Shown one piece after another: positions 46,517 through 57,234 of a stretch of DNA of 64,000 nucleotides; position 1 is the stretch's first letter, and every line of letters starts with the position of its first letter. The stretch lies in IMG/VR virus record IMGVR_UViG_3300025012_000029, positions 64,001 through 128,000 of that record. The stretch is one strand, 5' to 3'. The notes under the pieces are model-generated. The model was not told the DNA's origin. It searched no databases and worked only from the letters and a program-made list of their open reading frames with translations. The DNA comes from a virus. Its lineage: Duplodnaviria > Caudoviricetes. The position numbers and the translations under genes were made by a program.

Positions 46517-49500
46517 TAGAATTTAATCCCTCCGCCACCCTTTGGTGAACTACTTTTTACACCTTTAGTTGATTTACCAAATACACTTATTCCTATAGAT
46601 GGTTTAACTGTAATTGAATCCATCACACTCTTTTTACCTACTGAAATTCCTATATTAGATGAAACAGTTTGATTTGACACATTTAATGTCGGCGCCACTG
46701 TACTAGGAACAATCCTAGAAATGGTACTAGATAAACCTCCCACTCCTGGTGTTGGAATTGGTATATCTTTTGGTATTGGAGCAATTGTTACTTCGGCTTC
46801 AATTTGAGCTAATTCAACTAATGAAAAATAATCATATGGCCAGTTAAAGGAATAATCTGGAGCCTTCACTCCTACCTTAAAATCAAACTTAAACCTATCA
46901 TCATCTTTTGAATCAGCCGTCTTCTCAAAATAATTGATTGCCGCTAGCTTTTTGACTTTAAAAACTAACCATCTTACGTTAGAAGGCAATTTCTTTCCAT
47001 GGAAAAATTCCCATGGACGCATGGGATGCGACAATTCTACTTCATCTTTTTCTGATGTCATGCCAATTTTAGGCATAACTCCTTGCCATATATCCACCAC
47101 ATCTTGTTTATCGAGAACGTGTTTAAATTCAAAAATATACATTACAAATGGAGGAATATCATCATATTTCAAAAAGTTCATTTCAGGTGGAATTACATAT
47201 TGACTCATTTGCTGCGGCAGTTTTGATATAGACGTTTCAGAAATATGAAAATCTCCAAATCCAGAAGTTGGATCGATGGCGTCTTGCCCAGCTTCAATTT
47301 TGCTTTTTTGTGTCCTCCATTGGGTCTCGTCTATTTTGAAAAAATTCCTTCCCATCACATTAGTAGTAACTGCAAATTCGTCATCCTTAAAAAGATTATC
47401 AATAAATGGAATAGCAACAATTGCTTCTGCAATTTCTTTGCCAGTATTTGGTTCTCCTAAACGCAAAGGTTCTGTATTAAATCCAAATACATTGATCAAT
47501 GAACCCGTTACTAGTTGTTCTTCTAAAGTTAAATTTGAAAAACTCTCCTCAACAGACATATATACACCAGTAGATCCAGAACAAAATTCTCCATATCCAC
47601 TCCACATTCCCTTTGGTATTTGATATCTTTTTATTGCTGTGTCATCCACGATGATGTCATAATATTCAGTTGGTTGGTTCTTAAAATTCAGAATTGGGCA
47701 TTCAAAACGAGGAGAAATTGCCCACGAATTAAATGTGGAATCGGCATCCTCGATCGATTGTGCTGCTGCTTTTCCAGTTATAGTATTAAACGATTTTGTA
47801 TCATACGTAACTTTCAATCCTTTACTTACTCCAAATAAATTAATAGAAGAACTTACTGTAGAGCGTCCTTGCCAAGCAGGACGAAGGGGAACAGCATCAT
47901 ACCCATCATGATTATAAAAGGCTATAAAATCCCTTAATGTATTATTATAATTTTCTACATTTGCTTTAGATAGCACATACGAAATAGGATCAAACTTCTC
48001 TTTTTCGGTTCCATCTGCTTTATATGAAATTCTAGCAACAGAATCTTTGAAATAATAAGGTGGCAAATATGGAGCATATGCTGGATCGGCGTAACGTACC
48101 AATCTCATATGACTTCCTATAGCTGTAGCATTTCCAAATGCAGCAATACCAAATGCGTAAAGACGGTCAGCGATATCCGTTGCACGATCGTTAAAATCAT
48201 CAGCCCACTTAAAAGGATGCCCAAAAAATCTTCCCGTATATGTTAATGCTGCATAATCCGGCACAATTTCTGTCGAATCCGGTCCGGCGCCGTTCGGTCC
48301 GGACGGTCCATAAGCAAACGAAGCAGTATGAAATAATTTATCTGTACTATTCCAGCGAGAACCATACATCAACAAATCGTCACTTTTATATAATTTAACG
48401 TCCATATAATAAGAGTTGCCAGAAACCATTGCTCGCATTTTGTTAGAAGGTTTAGAAATAATGGCTTTTACCTTACTTCCTTCAAGAAAAAAATTAATTG
48501 ATTCAGCAAGAAAATTATGCATAGACAGTTTATACAAAGAATTTGATTCACCTCCATTCCAATCAAAAAATATATCTCTTCGATTACCTGGAAGGTTCGT
48601 GGCGCCGGCGAGAAACTCAACGAGATTCCAATATATCGAACCAGATCCATTTGAGGAAGAAATAGGCACTCCACCTCTATTAGATCCATTCTTGATATCT
48701 AATAAAGATTCGAATTGAATTTTATAATTTGGATCATCATAAAATAAAAGATTTGCACCAGCTCCCAATGTTCCTATATCTCCTTGAGAACCAGTAAAAA
48801 CTGGAAAATCCATTGCGATACCAGATTTAATAGTATTATACAAAATGCCTGGAGCGAAAAACGGCTGCAATAAAGACATTACAGCAAGATTTCCAGAATG
48901 TGGATTCATGCTCGAATCGCGAGGTTTTCCGTCTTTCCAATACAATCCACCAATATGTGGAGCATAAGATTGAGAAAACAATGTAGCTAATTGAACTGTT
49001 CTAGTGACTGGATAGAATCCATTGTAAGGTAATAATTTTTTAATACCTTTACATTTAAGAGTTATTCTTTCAACATGATTATCAATATCGTTATGATCGT
49101 TATATATAACATCATAATGTTTCATTATGTCTGAATGTGAAAATGTTTTGAAAAATGTCTCATCAAGTCCAGACTCTTCGGTCGTAGCACTTTGTGTAAT
49201 AAATGCTCCAACATTGGATAAAAATTTATTATTTGACTTTCTAAAATTTCCGCCTTGCTTGTTAACATAAAAATCCATATTCTGTGATATATTAAATTCT
49301 GGAATGATTGAGTAATCTTTACTTAGACTTTTGATATCATCAAAAAATTCTTCGTACGAATCAAACCACGGATTCTTGCCTGATAAAATACTTGTTCTAA
49401 ATCGATGCTCATAAGTATCTTGAACAAGTTCATAGGATTTTCCGTTTTCAGAAAAATTAAAGTCATGATAAGTGTTGGCAAAAAGATCACCAAAAGGTTT

Positions 49501-52500
49501 GTTATATAAGGCAGATGCAGTTGGATGTAAAAAGTAATAGAAGTGACTTCCGGAACCGAAATCCGCACTGGCACTGGCACCTCTTTGTATATAAAACCAA
49601 TCTCTAACGGCAAATGTAGGAGGAGGCAGATTAACTTCATAAATGGTTCTATCCGGGGATAATTCTCCAGAGTCGTAATTTCCCCACTTACCCATATTTT
49701 TAGAATTTCCATCAGGGTATTCATATGACTGAGTGTGATAAAGTTCAATTCCAAACGGCCAAAGACTTGGAGCGTCGCCATCCCTTATCCCTTGTGAATT
49801 TATCAAAGGAGTTGTAAGAGAACCAGATCTTACTATATATGAACCTTCTTCGAGATGTCCATCTATCAAGCCAAATCGATTTCTTTTCTTCGGATCATTT
49901 CTCCAAAACGTTCTTCTCTCTAAAGGATTTCTATCTATTCCATTATGACCATACGAAGCAGATGAAACATTTTCTAAAACAAGAGCCTGATTTGAATCGT
50001 AGAAATTATATACAAAAGTACCAGATACTGACGCATCTTCAGCATGGTTTGTTCTGCCTCTTATTATTTTCTTTCCTGTATTAATTTCCTTCGGATAAAT
50101 AACTTCACTATATTGTAAAGATAAAAATCCATCTATCGGATTCTCTAATTCATTTTGATCGGCATCAATGTATAATTCCTTAATACGATCATACATCTGA
50201 TCATCACACTTGCTCAATCCCAATTTATTATTCAAATCTGTATTGGCAAACATGCCTATATTATTTGAATATGAATGTCTTAAGGAAACTGGAGTGTTAC
50301 TTCCTTTAACATTCAAAGTATGAATCATTGGTCTATTGCGAAATACAACAGCAGGTTCTTCATAATTTGTAAATGTATCTGAACGGCGATCCTTGTAAGG
50401 AATCCTTTGTCCGGTGTTTGTCGTTATAAGTCTTTCCTTGGTAGGATCGCTTACAGACAAAATATTTGTTTCTCTATGTTTTCTAGCAATTGGATGTTCA
50501 CCAGTTCTGATTTGTTTCCATGATGGATATTGGTATGGACCATTGCGATGTAATAATAATTTATTCAATACTTCATGTTCTGGAATTGTTCCAAATAAAG
50601 TATTTTTATATTCTGAAGAACTCAACAGATTGATAGAAGCAGTAAGTGAATCTTTAATGAGAGTATTAATTCCTGCGAAATCTACCCTTATTCCGCTTAT
50701 ACCTTCAATATCACTGCTAGCAGAAATAAAAACCAAATCAAAACCAGGAACTGATGTGCTTCCACTGGGAACATAAAATTCTGAAGCATAACCAATTGGA
50801 CAAAGTTCAGGAATGGCAGAAGACGTTATCCAAGCATATTGTAATTCACTTTGAGGAATGGGTCTTTGAACAAAAGCATTATCATAAACTGAAGCGGTTA
50901 TGAATGCGCTACCATCCTCTTCTATTCTCCTCGACGTGTTTCTGTTTATTTTATGATAATTCGCATATGCTGATGCCGTTGGATGAACTCCGAATTGTCC
51001 AGCATGAGTCGATTCGTCAATATTTAACCTATTTCTAACCAGAGAATTTCTATAATTGAGATCATTATAGACAGAATATTCTTCTGCCTCTCTGTCCAAA
51101 TATCCCCTAGATATTGTTTTTTGTTCGCCAGGAGAAGAAAAATGTTCTACAAAAACATGTTCAGAGTTGTATGCGGTCCTATCTGGAAGTGTGAACTCTC
51201 GTCCTCCAAGAACTGGAGTTTGTAATGTAAGGGATTGACTTCCTTCGGTTCTTGTTAGAAATCTATTATTGTTTGTTCTTCCAGATGTTTGAACAATCTC
51301 ATAGTCAGACGCATAATTTCCCAATGGAATATGCGCGTTTCTAACTGAAGATGATATAGAAAAAAGAGACCTACTATTTTTAATATTCTCTATTCTCATT
51401 GGTTCTATAAAATCGCTTGCCGTCACTTGTTGAGAAGCGTCAAGGTGTAATGGAGTTGTAAAACTTCTATTCAATGCGCTTGTGCGAACAGAAAATATTC
51501 GTGTTCTGCTAATATCTACTGATGTGATACCTGATGAATTAATTCCTGTTTTTTCTGCTCTATTTTTCCACCAAAACTCATTTTCAGATTGAAGTCCAGA
51601 AACTGGAGCGGAACCATCTTTCCAGTCATAAAGAAGTTCATTAATGCTTTTCATTCCACCTTCGGGTGGATTGCCTTTGAATTCAATGGTTGGTAATTTA
51701 TTCCAATACTTATTTCTTTCTAGAATATGACTTTCAATTAACGTTCTAACTTCACCAGAAAAATGAGCAGATGCCGGAATAAGTTGTTGAAGCATCATTG
51801 AAATTGAAGAATCAAACCATTTGAAGTAATCAACAAATTTCTCAAAATCAATTGAAGAATTCTTAACTCTTTCAAAATAAAGATGACGAAGTTGTGTAAG
51901 ATTTTTATATTCTTGTCTGTAACGATTAACAGGTTCTCCAATGAGATTATTGAAATCTTTAATTGTTCCAAATATCTTTAATACTTCATCTGTTATTATC
52001 GCATATGGACTTTTTTCAATAGCATAGAAGTGTTTGACTGGACGTGTATCGCGAGTAAACAAATCATCATCGCTAGTTCTAATTTCGACCATATTCGAAC
52101 TATTGAGAACTTCCGGTGGCAATTGTTTTGCTGATGGGATATATTCAACATTTACAGCGTCGATATCAAATGGCAAGAAGAAGTCTCCTTGTCCTGGATG
52201 TTGATGATATCTGATTGGTCCAAACCAACTATATCTGTTTGTTAATTCAAGAGAACCTGAAGTGGTATCCTCTACAATAAATTTAGCGTCTGATGTTGTT
52301 GGAAGTCCATCGCTAGAATTGCTAGATCCAGTAACATTTTCAAATGTCCAATGAAGAACTAATGTCTCCATTTCTGGAACTTCTATAATTCTTCTTGGCA
52401 GTAAGAAAGGATCATCGCAGGCACCAAGAGATGAAGAAAACAAATTAAAAGATGTATCTGCTGCCGTTATGTAAATTCTAACATCAAAAGATAAAGAGCC

Positions 52501-53100
52501 AGAAGGATCAATTACAACTGAATAACCATTTCCATATGCTGTGTATGACGAACTTGGACCATTGAAGGGCGCAACAAATGAACCAGATACTAATGCTTCC
52601 TGTAAAGAACCTGTTCCTTGTTGAACAAAAATATGAACTGAATTGCTGTCAACAGATGAACCAACATCTAAAACTTTGAAAGTAACATTATCGTTTGGAT
52701 TCGCATCAGTTGGGTTTGGTATGATTAAGTCATCAATATAGGGAGTCAACCCATATCCATTAAAATCATACGATAGAGGCGATAAAGAAATATTTTGATA
52801 ATCTACAACTCCAGAAACTATGTTTAAGGCATAATTTGATGACCCATTTGTCATCTCAGTATTAAACGATAAGTCAATATAGGTTGGATATGTTATTATT
52901 TGAGCAGAAGCACTTACTACGGATAATCCAACACTTCCAAGATCTGCTGCTATACTATAACTGCCCGTTGAATTAAACAGGGCAGACGAACTCATTGGAG
53001 AGGAAAATCCAACTCTAACAGTGTCAGTATCTATAGCAATGATACTTGTAATGCTGACTGAAGGGCCTACCCCAGTGAAGGAATTTGTCAAATGTGCCAA
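46516..53100 (-). CDS. Giant virion protein with two N-terminal Ig-like modules
   Basis: 2194 aa; TTG start with TAAGG upstream; VRVGFSSPM...NYALNIVSGVVD Ig-like pattern; then LVLHWTFENV. Confidence 0.75.
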   Translation of the reverse strand: MAHLTNSFTGVGPSVSITSIIAIDTDTVRVGFSSPMSSSALFNSTGSYSIAADLGSVGLSVVSASAQIITYPTYIDLSFNTEMTNGSSNYALNIVSGVVDYQNISLSPLSYDFNGYGLTPYIDDLIIPNPTDANPNDNVTFKVLDVGSSVDSNSVHIFVQQGTGSLQEALVSGSFVAPFNGPSSSYTAYGNGYSVVIDPSGSLSFDVRIYITAADTSFNLFSSSLGACDDPFLLPRRIIEVPEMETLVLHWTFENVTGSSNSSDGLPTTSDAKFIVEDTTSGSLELTNRYSWFGPIRYHQHPGQGDFFLPFDIDAVNVEYIPSAKQLPPEVLNSSNMVEIRTSDDDLFTRDTRPVKHFYAIEKSPYAIITDEVLKIFGTIKDFNNLIGEPVNRYRQEYKNLTQLRHLYFERVKNSSIDFEKFVDYFKWFDSSISMMLQQLIPASAHFSGEVRTLIESHILERNKYWNKLPTIEFKGNPPEGGMKSINELLYDWKDGSAPVSGLQSENEFWWKNRAEKTGINSSGITSVDISRTRIFSVRTSALNRSFTTPLHLDASQQVTASDFIEPMRIENIKNSRSLFSISSSVRNAHIPLGNYASDYEIVQTSGRTNNNRFLTRTEGSQSLTLQTPVLGGREFTLPDRTAYNSEHVFVEHFSSPGEQKTISRGYLDREAEEYSVYNDLNYRNSLVRNRLNIDESTHAGQFGVHPTASAYANYHKINRNTSRRIEEDGSAFITASVYDNAFVQRPIPQSELQYAWITSSAIPELCPIGYASEFYVPSGSTSVPGFDLVFISASSDIEGISGIRVDFAGINTLIKDSLTASINLLSSSEYKNTLFGTIPEHEVLNKLLLHRNGPYQYPSWKQIRTGEHPIARKHRETNILSVSDPTKERLITTNTGQRIPYKDRRSDTFTNYEEPAVVFRNRPMIHTLNVKGSNTPVSLRHSYSNNIGMFANTDLNNKLGLSKCDDQMYDRIKELYIDADQNELENPIDGFLSLQYSEVIYPKEINTGKKIIRGRTNHAEDASVSGTFVYNFYDSNQALVLENVSSASYGHNGIDRNPLERRTFWRNDPKKRNRFGLIDGHLEEGSYIVRSGSLTTPLINSQGIRDGDAPSLWPFGIELYHTQSYEYPDGNSKNMGKWGNYDSGELSPDRTIYEVNLPPPTFAVRDWFYIQRGASASADFGSGSHFYYFLHPTASALYNKPFGDLFANTYHDFNFSENGKSYELVQDTYEHRFRTSILSGKNPWFDSYEEFFDDIKSLSKDYSIIPEFNISQNMDFYVNKQGGNFRKSNNKFLSNVGAFITQSATTEESGLDETFFKTFSHSDIMKHYDVIYNDHNDIDNHVERITLKCKGIKKLLPYNGFYPVTRTVQLATLFSQSYAPHIGGLYWKDGKPRDSSMNPHSGNLAVMSLLQPFFAPGILYNTIKSGIAMDFPVFTGSQGDIGTLGAGANLLFYDDPNYKIQFESLLDIKNGSNRGGVPISSSNGSGSIYWNLVEFLAGATNLPGNRRDIFFDWNGGESNSLYKLSMHNFLAESINFFLEGSKVKAIISKPSNKMRAMVSGNSYYMDVKLYKSDDLLMYGSRWNSTDKLFHTASFAYGPSGPNGAGPDSTEIVPDYAALTYTGRFFGHPFKWADDFNDRATDIADRLYAFGIAAFGNATAIGSHMRLVRYADPAYAPYLPPYYFKDSVARISYKADGTEKEKFDPISYVLSKANVENYNNTLRDFIAFYNHDGYDAVPLRPAWQGRSTVSSSINLFGVSKGLKVTYDTKSFNTITGKAAAQSIEDADSTFNSWAISPRFECPILNFKNQPTEYYDIIVDDTAIKRYQIPKGMWSGYGEFCSGSTGVYMSVEESFSNLTLEEQLVTGSLINVFGFNTEPLRLGEPNTGKEIAEAIVAIPFIDNLFKDDEFAVTTNVMGRNFFKIDETQWRTQKSKIEAGQDAIDPTSGFGDFHISETSISKLPQQMSQYVIPPEMNFLKYDDIPPFVMYIFEFKHVLDKQDVVDIWQGVMPKIGMTSEKDEVELSHPMRPWEFFHGKKLPSNVRWLVFKVKKLAAINYFEKTADSKDDDRFKFDFKVGVKAPDYSFNWPYDYFSLVELAQIEAEVTIAPIPKDIPIPTPGVGGLSSTISRIVPSTVAPTLNVSNQTVSSNIGISVGKKSVMDSITVKPSIGISVFGKSTKGVKSSSPKGGGGIKF

Positions 53101-53121
53101 AACTTATTTACCTTACTGTAA

Positions 53122-55815
53122 TTATTGTCCTTGTCCAAAAGATCTTGTAGTCTCTGTCAACCAACTGTTGCGTAATGGATGAGCAGAACCATAATTGGTA
53201 GCGTCTTTAGCGTGTGCTATAATTTCTTCTTCTTTCAAATATTTCATCCATACTCTCAAATTTGAAATCTTCGCATCTGAATAATTCACAACGGAACCTG
53301 TGAAATTAGTGCGATGAGATCCAACAAAAAATCTTTTGGCATTGGTTATAAACGCTATAGCGGCATCATACGTAATAGATCCACTAACGCTAAAACTATT
53401 ATTGATAATATCAACTGTCGTATTGTGTCCAGAAAATTCTACAACAAAGTTATTGGTGGCGCTTCCAGTAACTCCGCCTGCCCATGGATAAGTGGAAGGT
53501 TTAATTCTAACTGTAAATAACCATCTTTGATTATCATAAACATCTCTAAATGTTTCACTGTTTAATTCTGGCAAAACATATCCCGCCGTCCCACTCAACA
53601 TAAAATACGCTTCTTTGGATTCGAGTTGTGGTCGAACAGCATAAACTTGAAAATTAGCATAGTCTGGAAGAAACCATTCTTTACTATCTGACTCTAAACA
53701 TTCTGCCGTATGCGCACCATATATGGAAGCCATTGTGAATGGCGTCTCAAAATACAATTGAGAATCTTTTTCAAATTTCTTTGGAAAGATTGCTTCACAT
53801 TCATATGTTTGTCCGTGATAAACCGTATTTGAAGGAGCAGCAATATATGAACGAGAAGAAGGAGCACTAGATGTATGTTGGTATACTGTTGAATCAAATC
53901 TGTCAACATTGTTAAAATCAACATACTTCTTTTTAGCTGCTACATATCGATAATTGTCTTTCAAATCATAAACTACATTATCGCCATATAAATTAATCTT
54001 AACTAACTCATCATCTATACCAAAACATCTAATGAGATTTCTAAATGATTTTTCTGTTCCCTTTGACTTGTAGATATAAACCAAATTATTGTAAATGTTT
54101 TGATAAATCTTGTTCCTTATATCTGATAGTTTCTCAGAGAATTCTCTAAAATCATCTCGTCCAGCAATAGCTTCAAGTTCTTCAGCTTCTGTAAAAATTT
54201 CTGGCGCAATCATTCCTGCTGACTCTAAAAATCTTGAAACAAAAGGATATGGTTTACTACTACCACTCACATAATTTGGAGTTTTAAGTTTTGGTAATTC
54301 TTGGATTTGTAGGAATAAATTATCTAAGTAACTTGCTAACACTTGTGTCATTTTACGCAATACACGATGTTCTTTTTCTTCATCGCCTGTTGTTATCCAC
54401 TCCGGAAATGAGCCGTAAAGACTAGCGTTGTTTGTTGAATCATGTTCAAATCCTATTTCCTGTTTTTGAAGAATAAGAGCGCCAACATCTGGATGATTAG
54501 AATAAAGAATTGGATCCATAAATTCAAACGCTGCGGCGCCACTTTCTACCATGGCAGAACCTGTATGACGAGAACCCGTGACATATCCAATCCAACGCCC
54601 ATTAGAAACTCTTCCTGAATAATCTAAAACTTTAGTATCAGTGGAATCAACCGAGCCTGTAGAAATTATACCTTCATTAAATTTATAATAGACGCCTAAT
54701 TGCGTATTTGCTTCATCAGTATTTGTTCCAGCGCCTATTTGTGTAAACCAATATCTCCCTATTTGTTTGGCATTTCTTCTATTCTTCCAAAATCTAAACT
54801 CATCTAATGATCCAGATAATTTAGCAAATCCAGACCCACCAGAACCAGAAACTGTGCTAATCAAAGAGCCAACAGAAGCTAACATTGGTCCTCTTACTAG
54901 TCCTATATTGGAACCAGAAATAATAGTATCATTGAGCGTTCCGCTAGCATAAAGTTGTGCTACCATACTACTTCCACTATTAATAACTGAAATAGAAAAT
55001 TGTTGCCACCCAGAACCAGTTATATTGAGCCCATTTCCAATTGGAATAACTCCATATGGTTGACTGACAGATATCCCGGATGAACCAGATTGTAATTCAA
55101 TATAAAATTTTGATTGTTCGCCAGATACTCCAGGATGTATCTCCACTCTGAACCGTCCATAGTCGGCAGTTCCATACGAACCACTATTCCAAACATCAAA
55201 AACAGATTGCTTTGTGGATTCATTTCCTGAAGAGAATCCATTTTTCTTAAGCCAAAATTCAATAGTTACTCCGGTAGAACCATTAATTTCGAGATTTGAT
55301 TCTCTTCTTGAATCTACATTGTAAAAGTTTGAATTTGTGAATGTTTCATATAAAGGTTTTCCAACCATTCCTTCAGAAGCAGAATGAGGACCACCTTTGA
55401 GAAGGATATAACTTCCAGAAGTTGCCGAACTGTATCCATTAGAAGATGATATAATCGTTCCATAGGATACTCCAAAATTGGCATATCCTGTTGTTCTTGG
55501 ATACTCGTGTTCAAAAATATATTTGTCTAAATAAGAAGCAGAAAGTTCCCATTCAACTTTTTCCTTCGAAGAACCATCATATGGGTAATCGTTAAGAATG
55601 TAATTTATGCTATCTTCGTAATATTGCTGGGATAAACCAAAATGCGCAAAATTCTTTGGTTGAGAGTAATCAATATTTGGGACGAACCGATTTTTGTTTT
55701 CTATTTCCCGTCTGACGAAATCAGATGATTCTACTTCTGCACCGACTTCTTCAAAAGAAACTGATGGTAAAACTTTTTCTGAAATCTCGTTATTGAATAA
55801 ATTTTTGAGACTCAT
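53122..55815 (-). CDS. Large virion protein with LamG-like domains
   Basis: VTIEFWLKK, LDEFRFWK, LGVYYKFNEG, ISNLRVWM. Confidence 0.8.
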   Translation of the reverse strand: MSLKNLFNNEISEKVLPSVSFEEVGAEVESSDFVRREIENKNRFVPNIDYSQPKNFAHFGLSQQYYEDSINYILNDYPYDGSSKEKVEWELSASYLDKYIFEHEYPRTTGYANFGVSYGTIISSSNGYSSATSGSYILLKGGPHSASEGMVGKPLYETFTNSNFYNVDSRRESNLEINGSTGVTIEFWLKKNGFSSGNESTKQSVFDVWNSGSYGTADYGRFRVEIHPGVSGEQSKFYIELQSGSSGISVSQPYGVIPIGNGLNITGSGWQQFSISVINSGSSMVAQLYASGTLNDTIISGSNIGLVRGPMLASVGSLISTVSGSGGSGFAKLSGSLDEFRFWKNRRNAKQIGRYWFTQIGAGTNTDEANTQLGVYYKFNEGIISTGSVDSTDTKVLDYSGRVSNGRWIGYVTGSRHTGSAMVESGAAAFEFMDPILYSNHPDVGALILQKQEIGFEHDSTNNASLYGSFPEWITTGDEEKEHRVLRKMTQVLASYLDNLFLQIQELPKLKTPNYVSGSSKPYPFVSRFLESAGMIAPEIFTEAEELEAIAGRDDFREFSEKLSDIRNKIYQNIYNNLVYIYKSKGTEKSFRNLIRCFGIDDELVKINLYGDNVVYDLKDNYRYVAAKKKYVDFNNVDRFDSTVYQHTSSAPSSRSYIAAPSNTVYHGQTYECEAIFPKKFEKDSQLYFETPFTMASIYGAHTAECLESDSKEWFLPDYANFQVYAVRPQLESKEAYFMLSGTAGYVLPELNSETFRDVYDNQRWLFTVRIKPSTYPWAGGVTGSATNNFVVEFSGHNTTVDIINNSFSVSGSITYDAAIAFITNAKRFFVGSHRTNFTGSVVNYSDAKISNLRVWMKYLKEEEIIAHAKDATNYGSAHPLRNSWLTETTRSFGQGQ

Positions 55816-55821
55816 AGCTCT

Positions 55822-57234
55822 TTAATCCACTCGAAATCGAAATATTTCTGGTTGCTCAGCGTAGATTCCATCCTCTAAAAATACAAATCTAAAAGCATAA
55901 GTATAACTTGGTTCGAACATAGACATATCACAATCAAACCACATACCTTTACCATCGTAAGATAATTTCGTGTGAGATGTGGAACTTGTTCCATAATCAA
56001 CTATTGTATGATTATCATTTATTCTCATTACTTTAAAGAAAGAATTTTCAACAATAGTTCCTTGGATATCTGCTGAAGCAATCGATACTAAATTCGGACT
56101 CCAATCACGAGGGCGAATAAACAATCTTATTCTGGCAGTTTCTTTATTCGAATACGATGGCTTCAGATTTGTTATAGATGTTACATATCCACGAGTTTCT
56201 AAATAATGATCCAAAGAATCATATGCTAATGGATTAATAGATCCAGTGTGATACACAATTGAACCGCTAAACCATCGATCATACACGACAGATTTTGTAG
56301 TATTTAATTCAAATGAAGCAGAATATATTCCTGTGGAAACCCAGCCACCAGTTACCGGAGATGGAATAGTATTAACTAAAGTGCCTTCCGAAGCGGAAGT
56401 GTAAACTTGGAGATAAATTGAGCCACTGCTAATTCCAGGTATGTTTTTAAGTTGACCTCCAACATAATTGTAAAGATATACCGTGTGTGTATTGTCAGTT
56501 GTGCTCAATAATGGACTGGTAGTAAAAAATTTATCTCTATCGTCAGTAGTTGATGAATTCCATCTAGCTTCTATAATTGGACGACTAAAAAAGAACTCAC
56601 TTGTTCTGGCCAAAAATCTCTTCGTATAAAAACTTCTATTTGTATTTTCGTGACTTGATGACAGTGCCACTCCAACACCATAATTTGGAATTGTGCCAGC
56701 CAGCCAAGACTCAACAAGAGGAGTAATATTTATCTCCAAATCTTCTAATCCTTCATCGAAGAATTGACTTGAAGTTAACGTATTGAGATAATCCCCCCCA
56801 GCAGTCGTCCATACTGAAGCAGAACTGGCATTGATCCAATTTGCTCCTTCTCCGTTCCTGGTTATATCACTGCCATTTTCATGATCTAGCCCCACTCCTG
56901 CTTGCCAGGAACGAGACACGGGAGAAACAATTAAATTGAATTGCCTTGGCAAAGTTTCTCCATGAGGAGCATTAAACATCTTGAGGTAGAAATCTACGCT
57001 TCCAGAAGATGGAATTTTTCCAGAACTTCTATCAGAAGAAATAGAACTAATTGGAAATTCCAATAATGCCCTTTTTAACTCTGAAGATGAAGAATTTGCT
57101 TGAGCATAAATTGAAAAGATTTCGATTATGTCCGAAGCGCCATAGTTACTTCCCGTCTGCCTTGTTCTCAAATTAGACATAAAGGCATTTGAAATGCTGG
57201 TTGTCTTATTGGATGTATATCTTTTAATTGACAT
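55822..57234 (-). CDS. Virion protein with DNRLRE/CBM-like N-terminal domain
   Basis: GSNYGAS...RALLEF...W..G.G...W..AGGD...ITPLVESW....NYGV pattern. Confidence 0.65.
   Translation of the reverse strand: MSIKRYTSNKTTSISNAFMSNLRTRQTGSNYGASDIIEIFSIYAQANSSSSELKRALLEFPISSISSDRSSGKIPSSGSVDFYLKMFNAPHGETLPRQFNLIVSPVSRSWQAGVGLDHENGSDITRNGEGANWINASSASVWTTAGGDYLNTLTSSQFFDEGLEDLEINITPLVESWLAGTIPNYGVGVALSSSHENTNRSFYTKRFLARTSEFFFSRPIIEARWNSSTTDDRDKFFTTSPLLSTTDNTHTVYLYNYVGGQLKNIPGISSGSIYLQVYTSASEGTLVNTIPSPVTGGWVSTGIYSASFELNTTKSVVYDRWFSGSIVYHTGSINPLAYDSLDHYLETRGYVTSITNLKPSYSNKETARIRLFIRPRDWSPNLVSIASADIQGTIVENSFFKVMRINDNHTIVDYGTSSTSHTKLSYDGKGMWFDCDMSMFEPSYTYAFRFVFLEDGIYAEQPEIFRFRVD

Noticed and set aside
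53101-53124. Stop-codon readthrough or recoding joining the two giant in-frame genes
   Set aside because: Three TAA codons lie in the junction, TAA is the common stop here, and the downstream gene has its own SD-like sequence and TTG.
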